A stretch of 64,000 nt of DNA from Eledone cirrhosa (GCA_964016885.1 OZ024740.1:381176001-381240000); one strand, 5' to 3'. Numbered from the stretch's first letter, positions 13,181-28,869 are shown. Numbers and translations are program-made. The notes: generated by a model not told the origin, from the sequence alone.

Positions 13181-15562
13181 CTGCAACAGCTCAACTATCC
13201 TTAATACTATGTAAGTAAAAAGAAAACAAACTTGTATACTGTAGGGAATGGTATTATTTGTGTAACCTCTACCTTCTGTTCTTGTAAAACTATCTGAGAT
13301 GAATTTAATGGACAACACTATAATGGAATTTGTTTGATATGATTGTTTTTATTTTATTTTATTAAATAGTATAAGGGGAAGCTAGAACTTGATAACCACC
13401 AGAAGAAAAATCTCTGTTGCAGTAGCAGAAGTATAAGGGAAAATTGTTTGGGAGGTTGAGGTAGGTTAGTTAAAGGTTTGCCTTGGCTAAAACACTGGTT
13501 TCTGCAGAACCCAAGAGTTCTGCAAAGGAGTGTCTAGTGTTCTGTAGAAAAAGATAGAGGAGTTACATTACGACCATATAACATTATTAGACTTTGGGGT
13601 TTCCCCAAAAGTTTCTGTACCAAAAAGAGTTCTGTGTTTGAAAAGGTCTGGGAAACCCTAAGCTAGAAGATAATTTTTCAACAGTAATGTAGTATTTGGT
13701 AAAGTAGCCTGAGAAGGGCAAGAGACATAGGTGGGGCAAGGGTGCAACATATAATTTTGACTGGAAGTATTTGTTTGTACAGTACTAAATTGTTTGTCAA
13801 AGTATGTGTGAATAATAAAAGTAAAGCAATTGATTATTCATTAGATGCATTGAGAGATGGATTTCGGGGAAGTGATTTCTTCCTTTTTAAATCACGTACA
13901 GGATCAATGGAGCACTGCACTATAGACGAGATATACTGTTATAATGTACACATTACTGAAGTAATTCATATCTTCATGTGATATGTATTAATTTAGTAGT
14001 TTAACTGAACCAGCATGAGTTAGGTCTTGGCCATAGACACATACAGTAATGGTGATTGGTATTGAAATCATTAGTGTTTAGGTAATGAGGCCAACATCTT
14101 TTTTGACTTGTGACTCTCACTTAAAATATTATAATGATATGAATCTGTCTGAAACAAAGATAAAGATTTATATTAAGATTTCCTAGAAAGGGTCTTGTTT
14201 CAAACACTGTTGCTATTTAGTGTAATCTTGAATGAAACAAACTATATAATCTGATTTAATGAATGGGCAGGCAAGTGTTTCTTGTCAGCTAAGCAATTCT
14301 GTCTTCATAGAAGGCATAGTATGTAATTGACCTGTCCAATATTGAGTACATACTCTGTTGGTGCATGCTATGAAATACCTTATTGTCTCTAGAAACTAGT
14401 AATACTGAACTTCTTAAGGTGACACAAATATTATTAATCAGGCGCTAACTAATCTGTTGGTTATGTTTGCTTGCATGTATAAAACAATCTCTTATTGTTG
14501 AAAGAGAAAGAGATAAGAATTCTTGTTTGGTTAATTTAAATTTTGAATGTCTGTGAGGCAGTAGGCTCTTTTTATAACTAGTCAGTATGTATAACAAAAA
14601 AAAAAAAAAAAAAAAAAGCTAAGTGATTTATGCGGATACATAACTTGAGGTATTTGATAGAACAAAGAAAAAAAAAATAACAAAAAAAGTAACAAATAAA
14701 AACCTTGTGGAATTTTAATCTTCTAGACCAGCTAGCAGCAAAGGTATATTAAACCGTCTATTTACATTTGAGATATGTAGTAACAGACTAAAGTTTTAGG
14801 CTTCTTAAAATTTCTTTTAAAATGTTTCCTGTGATTGTAGTCTTAGAAAATGGTAAAAGCAATTAGTTATTAGTAGTCTTACAAAGGAGTTAAAAAGTGG
14901 TTAAGGTCTTTTGTAATTAACTGTTTTTGTCTCAGGGCATTAGATGGTTTATTTCATCAAGTGCCACTAATGCATCTGGTAAACTCCCAGTAAATTGACT
15001 TTGCAACTCGGGTTTGATTCCTGCTTATAACAGAATTCACTTATTTTGCAAATGCACTTAATAAAGATATGCCACAACTTCCATTCTTCTCGTTCTTTGA
15101 AAGGAGTTTTGGATTGATATTTCTGATCTTATTTTTGAATGCTCAAACAATTTACTCTAGTTTTGGTCTGGTTCGTATCAAAAGAGTTAATCAAATAATT
15201 ATTTTAATACTTCCTACATAATTTGACAAAACACTTTGTTACAAATACTATCTTAACTTTTCATGACCATATTTCTAACTAAATATTTCAATTAATTAAT
15301 GAAGAATTTTGAGGGCTTTACTAAAATTATTTCATTAGTAACTCAAGATATGGCTTTTATATTCAAATTGTTGGAAGATTTTAATTTAATAAGAACCTTT
15401 TTAATCTGGTGGTCTTGTTTCATAGATCCAGAACTGGTTTTGGCTGGTTTTGTATCAAAAGATTTAATAACGAAATAATTTATTAAATCCCATCACATTC
15501 TTTCTTAACCAATTCAAATATTAATTTAAATGTATTTCATTAGAAATGTGGTCATGAAAGGC

Positions 15563-15780
15563 TTAACCCTTTAATGTTCAAACCGGCCAGAATGCTCTAC
15601 CTCTTTCTGTTGAAACTGGCTGTAACTGGCCACTCATACAGATGTTAAGGTATTGTTCTCAAAATAAATACTTTCAAAATCTCATAGATTCAATATTATG
15701 TGAGATAATTATACGAGGTAAAGCCTTTACCATGAAAATATAATAGTATATATAGAATAATGTGAATGCTAAAGGGTTAA
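15563..15780. mobile_element. piggyBac-like MITE, intact
   Basis: TTAA-ccctttaatgttca ... tgaatgctaaaggg-TTAA. Confidence 0.75.
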
Positions 15781-16152
15781 GTCATTGATTGCTGAGCTTC
15801 TAAACATTTTGTGGTCTCTACACAGTATAACTTGAAATGAAAATTAATTTCCTGTCTTATTAATTCTCGTGTGTGTGTGTGAAATAATCATAAATATTTA
15901 GTGTAACCCAAGGTTGTTTTCTTGTTTTAACATCGATGATCTGCTTCTTGTTACATTTAACCAGTTGGTACCACTGTTTCCTCGTCTTTAATGGTGCTAT
16001 CCTATAGACTTGCAAAGGACTGTGGTAGAAAAGACCTTGCAAACCTCTTCCATACTTATATCACAAGAGACATACCTTCATTTTATTAGCATTCTCCTCC
16101 ATCCTAATTTTAATAGAACATCTGGTGATGTCTAGCAGAAGCAAGGGGGACA

Positions 16153-16196
16153 ACCGTCTATGCATTTCAGGCTTAACTGGCCATCGTCAGGACGGT
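16153..16196 (-). ncRNA. Minimal type-I hammerhead ribozyme
   Basis: Minus strand: ACCGUC-CUGACGA-U-GGC-CAGUUAA-GCC-U-GAA-AUGCAU-A/GACGGU. It has a 6-bp stem I, an intact core, a palindromic stem III (AUGCAU) and an AUA cleavage triplet. Confidence 0.8.
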
Positions 16197-16624
16197 CCCT
16201 CCCACCACAAGCGGTGGGAGGGACTGTCACCAGAGGGCGTTAGCCCGCCGGCGTTTGCATAGCTACGGCTTCCTAAAACCATATTTCTTCGGAGATACAA
16301 AATATTTTATTTATATATATATATATATATGTGCTACATATAGTTTAATTTGTACACTAAATTATATTTTTGTGTTTGTTGGGTGTTTGGTTTGTCAGTA
16401 TATGTATATTTTGGTTTGCCAGTATATGTATATTTTCTATTAAAAATTATGCAAATGTTTCAGGGAATATTTCTTCCTTATTTAACCGTGCAAAATTTTG
16501 CTTTTGTGAAACATTGTCATACCAGTAGTGACAACTGTTTGAAAACTGTGTCTTTCAATAAACTGGGACAAGACATTAAGTATGGTGTGTGTATGTTGGC
16601 TATAGATTTATATATATAACTGCC

Positions 16625-17830
16625 ACCTCTTAACAGGATAGGGTCATTTCTTCAACGTTATGTCGAATAGCCTTGATCCCGCAAATGACTCCGCAACCAT
16701 GCCTTGCTCCTGCATACTCTTTTACAGATGTAACTTCCTCTTTATAGACTCTCATGTGTCACTTGAGTCCAGCTGCAGACCTAAAGGTTTTGTTGCAAAA
16801 CTGACATAATACCTTGCAGGCTTTTCAGAGAGGACACCAACGTAATCAGCCCCAGACTGCTGATTGCTGCAAGTTCTTAAATGACTAGCAAGCCCATCAC
16901 GAGAAAGAACAACCTTTCCACAGATGTTACAGGCATGCTCCTGGACTGAGTCTACATTACCTTTCCTGAGTGCTCTTTTAAACACTGTTCTATCCTTTTG
17001 ACCTCAAAATGATTACAACCTTCATAAACCAGACTTTCCCAACTAGATCTACTCTCTACTTCGTCTTTCCAATCCTCAACACTAATACCAAGTTTCTCCG
17101 AGTTGCCTTTGATGACATTCCTGAAACATCTATTGGGCATTCACCCAGAGTTAACTCTCCATAACAAATTCACTTAGGCACCCTTATATCTCCCATTTGC
17201 CTTGAATGCCCTGCCCAATGCAATTGGTTTCAAATGAGTAGTTTTTCTAAGCTGGATGTATTGGCCTGCTGCAGAACAATAGTGTCAGGTATAAATGACT
17301 GCCACTTAATGTTCAAAATATGGCATACGCATTTTTGGTGGCATATTTCCAATGTCTTGATATGATGTTGGTATGTGGTCCAAGTCTCAGAAGAGTACAA
17401 GAGAGCAGTCAGGACAGGGTTTGTAGACACTTATTTTAGTGCCAAACATGGTGCCTCTGTCTGACCAGACCTGTCTTTCCAACCTACTTAGTTTAATTTT
17501 GTAGTTCAGTGAACCGTCTCTGGAGTGAGGACTACCAAGGTAGACGAATGTATCAACAACCTTCAACCTCTGACTCTGAACAAAGATGCTGGGCTTGGCG
17601 TAATGTTGCTCAGGAGGTGGTGTATACATTACCTTGGTCTTTTCTGTGTTGATAGTAAGCCCAAAAGCAGTGCATGTCCCAGAAAACAGGTCCATGATTG
17701 CCTATTATGAGCAACAAGGATTGAATTCTCAGCATAGAGCAATGCTCAGATGACTGCCTGGAAAGTTTTAGCGTTGGTCCTAAAGCATGTCAAATTAAAA
17801 ACCTTACCCGTGGTCCTTAAACACAGGTAC
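16625..17830 (-). mobile_element. Old RTE (BovB-like) LINE 3' part, degenerate
   Basis: Fragments FGLTINTEKTKVM, FVYLGS, LLYSSETWT, RSSW, and a C-terminal CNICGK..LASHLRTC zinc finger. Confidence 0.8.
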
Positions 17831-17938
17831 ACACCAGCATCAGAATTGTGAAACACATAAATGAGAGTAACATCAAAGAAGATAGAGAACAGAGTTGGTG
17901 TGGGTGTGTGCGTGTATATGTATGTGTGTGTGTGTGTA

Positions 17939-18015
<77 letters not shown>

Positions 18016-18027
18016 GTATATATATAT

Positions 18028-19232
18028 ATCATCATCATCATCGTTTAACGTCCATCTTCCACGCTTGCATGGGTTTGGACGGGAGTTTTCCCACTTGAAG
18101 CAAGAGTGGTTGTCTTGCTTGCATAGGACTGTCTGGCGGGTTTTCTACGGCTGGATGCCCTTCCTAATACCAACCACATTTACAGTGTGGAACTGGGAGG
18201 TTTTTACCGTGTTACCTACACGGCCACATTACAGCGTGGACTGTGTGTTTTTTTGTCGTGACACCTACACGACCTCATTTGTTTCGGCCTGGATGTTGTG
18301 GTACCAACATAACTTTACATTGAAAGGGGAGGTGTGGATGGGGTGGGGGTAGTGGGACGGGGGTGTATTTTGTTAGAGGTGCCTACTGACTGTAGTAGGT
18401 TTTACTTTGTATTTAGGTAAGGCGGGTCTTCTCTATTACTGAGTACCGCCAAAGCTCTCGGTCCAGTGACATTGTCTTGGTGTAGGTGTGTGAGGTCGGA
18501 ATTTATGAAGTCGTCCCAGGTTTTTCTGGGTCTGCCTACTCCGTGGCTACCGTCTATTTTTATTGCCCTGCACTTTTTTATACAACTGTCGTCTTTCATG
18601 CGCATCACGTGACCATACCAACGTAGCCTTCTCTCGAGTAAACAACATCTGATCCCTCTTATTTCTAATTTTTCCCTTAGTTCGTTAATGCTTTGCCGTT
18701 CACGTATATTACTATTACACATCCAGTGGAGCATGCAAGCTTCATTCCTCTCTAGTCTGCGTATATCCTCTGCACACAATGCCCAGGTCTCACTGCCATG
18801 CAACATTGCTGTTCGTATGCAGGCATCATACAGCCTGCCTTTCATTTTTAGGGAGAACCCTTTAGCGGCTAATAGTGGTATAAGCTCTCTGAACTTTTTC
18901 CATCCAGTTCTGACTCTAGCTACTGTATTTCAGAGCACCCTCCCCCACTGCTGATTTTGTCACGCAGGTAACGGAAGCTGTCCACTATTTCTATAGAACC
19001 CTCTGCGCAATTGAAAGAGCTAGTATTTTGTGGGCACTTGCTGCTACTTATTGCACCAGAGCACTGGCCACATGTAAAATCTATGTTCTTAGTTAGCTTA
19101 CCTGTGATCCCACTACATCTTTTATGCACCCATATTTTGCATTTGGGACATAAAATGGAGTTTCTACCTACGCCTTTCCTACACACTGAGCATGGCCATT
19201 TCCCGGAAGGGACCGGCGCCTTATTTTCTTGC
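18028..19232 (-). mobile_element. RTE LINE 3' fragment (same family as 2971-5937)
   Basis: [26 protein letters not shown] and GRPRKTW, with a (GAT)n tail abutting (TA)n. Confidence 0.92.
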
Positions 19233-19291
19233 GGCCACATGTAAAATATATATGTATATATATATGTATATATATATATATATGTATATAT

Positions 19292-20033
19292 ATTTATTAA
19301 AATAACAGATTAAAGTTTAAGCAAATAATCGCTGCTTTCACCCTTAACGGGATCTTCTGAAACTAACAAAGTCAATCTGTAAACGCAGAACTGAATATTT
19401 CAAAAAACGTTGCAACCGGAGGAAGACAGGAAGACGATACTTTGGTTCGTGGTAACGTTCGCTGGCAAAGAACGGGACAAAACGAATAATACGTCAATAA
19501 TAGGAGCGGTGAAAAACAATTACGCGCAAAGACAGACCACGTTTATGGTATAAAAGAGGTCGTAGACTAATGTTCTCTTAGGTGGTGCATAGAGACGTTC
19601 TCTGGCAATGAACGAAAAAACGAAGATAATAAGTCATATGTGGAGCGTGGAGAACAATAGCACGCAAAGACAAAACCACGTAAATGGTATAGCAGAAATC
19701 GTAGACTAAAATTCTAACTAGGAGACCAAATGAATCTCCGCTACAGAGTTAAGGACAAAGTAAATAAATACAATACAGAAGTAATAGAAACAAATAAATA
19801 CATACACGCAAACAGATACGTACATACACAAGCATACGCAAAACCTTACCATGGGTATACAAAACCACGCACATATAAATATGTGTGTGTGTGTATGCTT
19901 GTGTACAAATAAATAAATAATTATATAAACGTATATAAGTAAAGAAATAGTTAAAATTTTAGTCTACGATTTCTGCTATACCATTTACGTGGTTTTGTCT
20001 TTGCGTGCTATTGTTCTCCACGATCCACATATG
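19292..20033 (-). mobile_element. Non-coding Penelope-like terminal element with a hammerhead motif, 140-bp-period direct repeats and a 5' inverted segment
   Basis: Hammerhead-like motif at 19314-19364. Repeats at ~19455-19582 and ~19595-19722. 19948-20033 is the reverse complement of 19635-19720 (84/86). Confidence 0.6.
19314..19364 (-). ncRNA. Hammerhead-like motif with a variant CAGAAGA core
   Basis: AGUUU-CAGAAGA-U-CCC-GUUAA-GGG-U-GAA-AGCA-(9 nt)-UGCU-U/AAACU. All three stems pair. Confidence 0.6.
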
Positions 20034-21990
20034 GTGGTCCCGCGACAGGGTCCCAGCCCGTTTTATGGTCTTTTCGAAGCCCATACAACGCCGGCACGTC
20101 ATTGTTCCAGGCCTGGAAGTTGTTGGCAGTCCTTTTGTTGGGCTGCATTATATTCGTCCACATCACCATATGGGCATTGAGGGCTTTTTCTCTATCCTCA
20201 TGCTCCTGTGGTGTTACCTCTCTTGTGTTAGTGATGTGGGGTTGCATTGCCTGGATGTAGTTTGGCAGGCTGTCAACTGACATTCTGCCAGACTTGTCTG
20301 TTGGAAAACATGCTATCTCTCCATTACGCGAGCGCTGCATGAGCTTACGCAAGCCATTTGCAGATTTTTCTCCCAGTTGCTGGGCCTCTATTCTATTATG
20401 CTTCTTGCTATACTGTTCTATAATATTTCTAAGTTCGGATTTAGCTATACTAAATTGTGCTTCTGTTTGTTCATCGACCTGCGACGGCAACTGCGTGCGT
20501 TTGTTAAATGGCAAAGTCGTGGCGTGGACTCGTCGTAGGTCGAATGATTTATCGGAGGGATTATAAAACGGAGAGTACCAGGCTGCTGCTTTATGTGTAC
20601 TAGTGCTATTGTTATTGTTAGTTGTGTTGTTTCTATTTCTATTTCCACCAACAGCCTCATGGTTGTTTCTATGTCTCTCATAATTACTCCTGTCTCTTTC
20701 CACTGGCTCAATGTTGTTATCTACCCTATTTTGTGTGTCTGTGTGTTCGTCTTGGTTATTCTCTTTGTCCTTAGTCTCCCATCTCCTTTTCCTTTTAATC
20801 CTATTACTTTCCCTTATTTCTCTGATTTCTGTGCTACTGTCATTACTTGTTTTCTGTGTCTGTGTGCTTGTTAAGATGGTGGTGGTGGTGAGAGGCATTG
20901 AATGCGTGTTGTTGTTGTTGATGTGTGTTGTTGTTGTCTCCGTGTGTGTTATCGTTGTTGTGTGTTGTTATTGTTGTTTGTGTCTGCGTGTCTGTTGTTG
21001 TTGTATCTGGGTATGTTGTTGATGTGTGTGTTGTTGTTATTGTTGTCTCCGTGTGTGTTATCGTTGTTGTGTGTGTTATTGTTGTTTGTGTCTGCGTGTC
21101 TGTTGTTGTTGTATCTGGGTATGTTGCTATTGTTGTTGTTGTTGATGTGTGTGTTGTTGTTATTGTTGTTTGTGTCTGTTGTTGTTGGGATGTGTGTTGT
21201 ATATGTGTGTGCGTATATTGTTGCTTTTGTTTTTGATGCTCCAGCGTAGTTTTGTAAATGATTTTTCTATTTCTGACAGACAACTAATCATATTTACCTT
21301 CTTGAATGTCGCAAATTTGGGTGGCAGACATAACACAGACATTTCATTATTATCTATTTCCGTGTTTCCATAAATGTTGGTATTTTCGTTGTTGAACTCT
21401 TCTGATAATGAGGTGTCGGCCATGTTGATACCGTCAATTTTGTCGGGATATCTATTGGTATACTCTATATTATCCCGATTTAGCTTTGCCTGTTTAAGCC
21501 ACTTTAGTTTCCTGTTAAAGTGCTTATCACATTCTTGAGTAATGTACTGTTCTTCGGGGCGTATAAGGCTTATAAATATTAGTTTTTCTGTTGGTGTGGT
21601 GATTTTAGCTATTTCTTGTATTAGGTTACGCTTTTGTTTTTCTTGATGACTTAATTCTCTATAGATCTTCTTTTTTATGTTTAGAATTAAAGTTCGTTTT
21701 AGCCTATCTGCTTGTTTTTTGGTGAGTTGTAATCTTCTAATGTCGGTATTGATGGTGTTGGTGTAGATTCTAGAAGTGGCGCACAGCTTTATGAAATGTA
21801 GTTGTCGAGATGTTATGGTTTTTCGTAGACAACAGAACATGGTGGTTTTCAGTATCTTGTTAGCCTGGCTAAGGCTTACGATATTTCGTTTCTGAATTTG
21901 TTTAGCAAGATTCTTTATCTGAAATCGTGTGTTGAAACCGATATTGTTATACTTTGGGAGGGTCATGTTGCCAATAAGAAACACACGCAC
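20034..21990 (-). pseudogene. N-terminal half of a Penelope-like (Naiad-type) ORF, 3'-truncated and frameshifted in a T/Q/N-rich repeat linker
   Basis: SVLCLPPKF...KLRW, PTDKSG and PALYGLRKDHK...GPP are PLE N-terminal and RT-start motifs. Confidence 0.8.
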
Positions 21991-22090
21991 CAGTTGCTTT
22001 CACTTCAATTTATTATATATTTATAAATTTACAAATTTACAAATTTCTGGTTGGTTGGTTGGTTCCACAACCAGATAGTTGTTTATATAT

Positions 22091-22135
22091 AGTCATAGTC
22101 CTTTCGTCACACACTCTGTGACCTCTTCAGTGACT
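22091..22135 (-). ncRNA. Minimal type-I hammerhead in the PLE pseudo-LTR
   Basis: AGUCA-CUGAAGA-G-GUCAC-agagugu-GUGAC-GAAA-GGAC-UA/UGACU, located between the PLE stop codon and the next ORF start. Confidence 0.75.
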
Positions 22136-22431
22136 GGGGATTCCTTTCTTTGTTTCTGAGCCTTTCCTTTCTTCTATCCTACGCCATTTTGTTTCTGTGT
22201 GTGTGTTGTGTGCTCAGTTTGCGCATGCGCCACATCCGGGTGTCTGTGTGTTTGTGTTCATTTATCTATTTATTTATTTATTTATTTATTGTTGGTTGGT
22301 TGGTTTGTTCTATGTGTGTGTGTGTTTTCATTTTGTCCTGTGTGTGTTTTCATTTTGTCCTTAATTGTAAGTTGTTTGTTCTGTGTGTGTGTGTGTTTTC
22401 ATTTTGTCCTGTGTGTGTTTTCATTTTGTCC

Positions 22432-23724
22432 TTAATTGTAAGTTGTGATGTTGCTGTTCCACTCATATTTTCTATTTAATTTTGGTTGTAATTCTTTTAT
22501 GCTTACTGCCTCTGTAATTTGCCTAAACATTGCATCTTTTCTGTGTGTGGATTCTATTTTTATTTCTATGTTCTCTAATCTACCCCTGTGTTCTATCTTA
22601 GCATGTTGGTAGAGCACAGATGATTCTTTATTATCTTGGAGGTCTCGCCAGTGTTCATTTATTCGTTCCCCTATACTACGAGCTGTCTCACCTATGTACA
22701 CTATATTTTTGTTTCTACATTGTCCTTCAGTACATCTTATGCTATACACTACATTTCTAGGTTTACAGTTAATATGGGGGCTTATTTTACAGGTTATACA
22801 TTTCTTATCTATACATGAGGGTCTTTGGAACGGGTATGTTTTGCTAATAAGTGTTTTTACGGAGGTACCTGGTCTTTCTACTATCTTAATATTGAGTTTA
22901 TGTTTATTTAGGGCCCTTCTAAATTTGTAGGCTAGTTCGCCTCTAGGGGTTGTATTGATGAACATTACACTCTGGTATTTATTGCTATCATACCATGAGT
23001 TTATTCTATTGGCCTTGTTCCTAGTTCTTTCTATTCTATTCCAAAATTTGCTCCTATACAAGGGGCAGGTCCCATTTATGTCATTATTTACCATTTTTTT
23101 CCATTTGGTTCTGGCTCCTTTATACACTCTGATTCTATCTCTCTGATTGTAGCCAGAGAACTGCATACGGTGGATGAAGTGTTGTATGTGTCTCTCTAGT
23201 TCTTCGGGGTTGCTCATGCGGGACACATTTCTCATCACCCGTACCAAATCCGCAATCAGTATGTTGATTTTGGTATGGTCCGAAATGGCCGAGTTTCGGT
23301 GGATCAGATGTTTGGAAGTCATGGGTTTGGCATAATGGGAATGGAGGATTTGTTTTTGGTTGTTAATGGCATCTAACCAGAGCTCTGTGTCTAGTACAGG
23401 TAATCGATGGTTGGGGTGTCTACTTGGGTAGTCTATAGTAACTCTAATGCTCTAGTGGATGGAGTTTGCTATTTGCTGGATGCTTTCCATTGTGTTTCTC
23501 TCTAGTTCCTGACTGTTCTTTAGTGGGGTGTCTTAACTACGATGTTTATATCATCTACGTAGCGGGAGTACATTATCAGGGTTAAGCTGTCTTCTAATTG
23601 TTCTTTAAGTTTTTGTTTAAGTCTACTGTCCCACGATACCATGAATAAGTTAGTTATGTCGCCTGCAATGCTAATACCAATGGCTGCTCCTTCCTCTTGG
23701 GCATATGTTTTACCATTAAATTTG
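22432..23724 (-). pseudogene. C-terminal half of the Penelope-like (Naiad-type) ORF: RT, thumb, Cys linker and GIY-YIG endonuclease
   Basis: [66 protein letters not shown]...LN. One frameshift (~23525) and one TAG (~23453). Confidence 0.88.
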
Positions 23725-24031
23725 TGAGAGCAAGGTTGAGTTCCGTGGGATTGATACCAGTGAGCTGGGACTTCTACTTAAGCTTACCTAGTAATAGTTA
23801 CCTAGACACTTATGACCTTAGCAACCTGTGCCCTACAAGACCAGCAAGAGGCAGACCACCTACCATTACCTCAATGGCCAAGAAAACCTACACAGATAGA
23901 TGGAACGGGTGGACCAGAGCCATACGGACACCCGAAAACCACGATGAACTGAAGAAAATGATTGCACATGCGGTAGGGGCCAGCATAAAACTAACCCTTA
24001 AGGAACATATGTTCAAATTTAATGGTAAAAC
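23725..24031 (+). mobile_element. Inverted 5' segment of the same PLE RT
   Basis: Encodes ...[22 protein letters not shown]. It ends in caaatttaatggtaaaac, the same 18 nt that begin the minus-strand segment. Confidence 0.8.
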
Positions 24032-24047
24032 GTTGATGATGATGATG

Positions 24048-28072
<4,025 letters not shown>

Positions 28073-28073
28073 T

Positions 28074-28764
28074 AACTTTGAACTTTGAATAACTTTGAAA
28101 TGTTTTGGCCAGTATTGGCCCAGGCCATGTCTAACTTAATAGCACCACCTGGCGAAGTCTTTCAATTCAGGATTTGGGCACCATGGCCCATTCGAGAAGA
28201 GAATTACTGTTTGCGGAGACATATCCGGGTGTGGGTGGTTTGTCCGGGATTACTTGGAGGAATTTGTCCAAAGACTTCTTGAATTTTGTGTGGTCAGTTT
28301 CTGTTTTGACGTGTCCTGGTGTGATGTTGAAGAGAGCAGGGCCGATTGAGGTGAAATAATTGTGCCGTATTGTTGTTATGAGTTGCGATTTAGATTTTTG
28401 AATGGGACGGATAGCACGGGGCCCAAGCCTTGGGTGTATCTTGAAGGCGATGCCAACATCATTTGGGCAGTGATGATGGAACATTTTCCACATCATGCAG
28501 ATAATATAACGCTCACGGCGACGTTGGAGTGAGTAAAGTTTCAGGTTTTCTAATCGACCCCAGTAGTCAAGGTCTGACATGCCATCTATCTTTTTCGGTG
28601 ATTGCCCTTTGAGGAGCTTCAAGTTTCATGATACTTTGTTTCGTGTGGGGAGACCACAGAGGACAACAGTATTCAAGGTGTGGTCGGGCGAAAGTAGAGA
28701 AGAGAAGGATAATGGTGCGGGAATCTCTCGACTGGAAGGTTCTGAGGATCCAGGAACACATTCT
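28074..28764 (-). mobile_element. CR1-group LINE 3' fragment
   Basis: [24 protein letters not shown] and IPDKP..GY..NSNSLLEW, one frameshift, and a tail of (ttcaaag) repeats. Confidence 0.85.
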
Positions 28765-28869
28765 GTATATATGTTTATGTATATATGTTTATGTATATAT
28801 ATGTTTATGTATATATATGTTTATGTATATATATGTTTATGTATATATATGTTTATGTATATATATGTT

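Noticed and set aside
16168-16246. Plus-strand twister-like (GGCU-UAA-CUGG..GUCCC..CCAG-AGGG) or hairpin-ribozyme-like (ACCAGAG) motif
   Set aside because: L4 spacing and P1 register do not fit twister, and hairpin loop B (AGAAACA/GUAUAUUAC) is absent. The pairing is explained by the rod
22432-23724. Selenocysteine recoding, as reported for some Naiad elements
   Set aside because: No in-frame TGA seen in this half. The linker positions are ordinary Cys codons and the one stop is TAG
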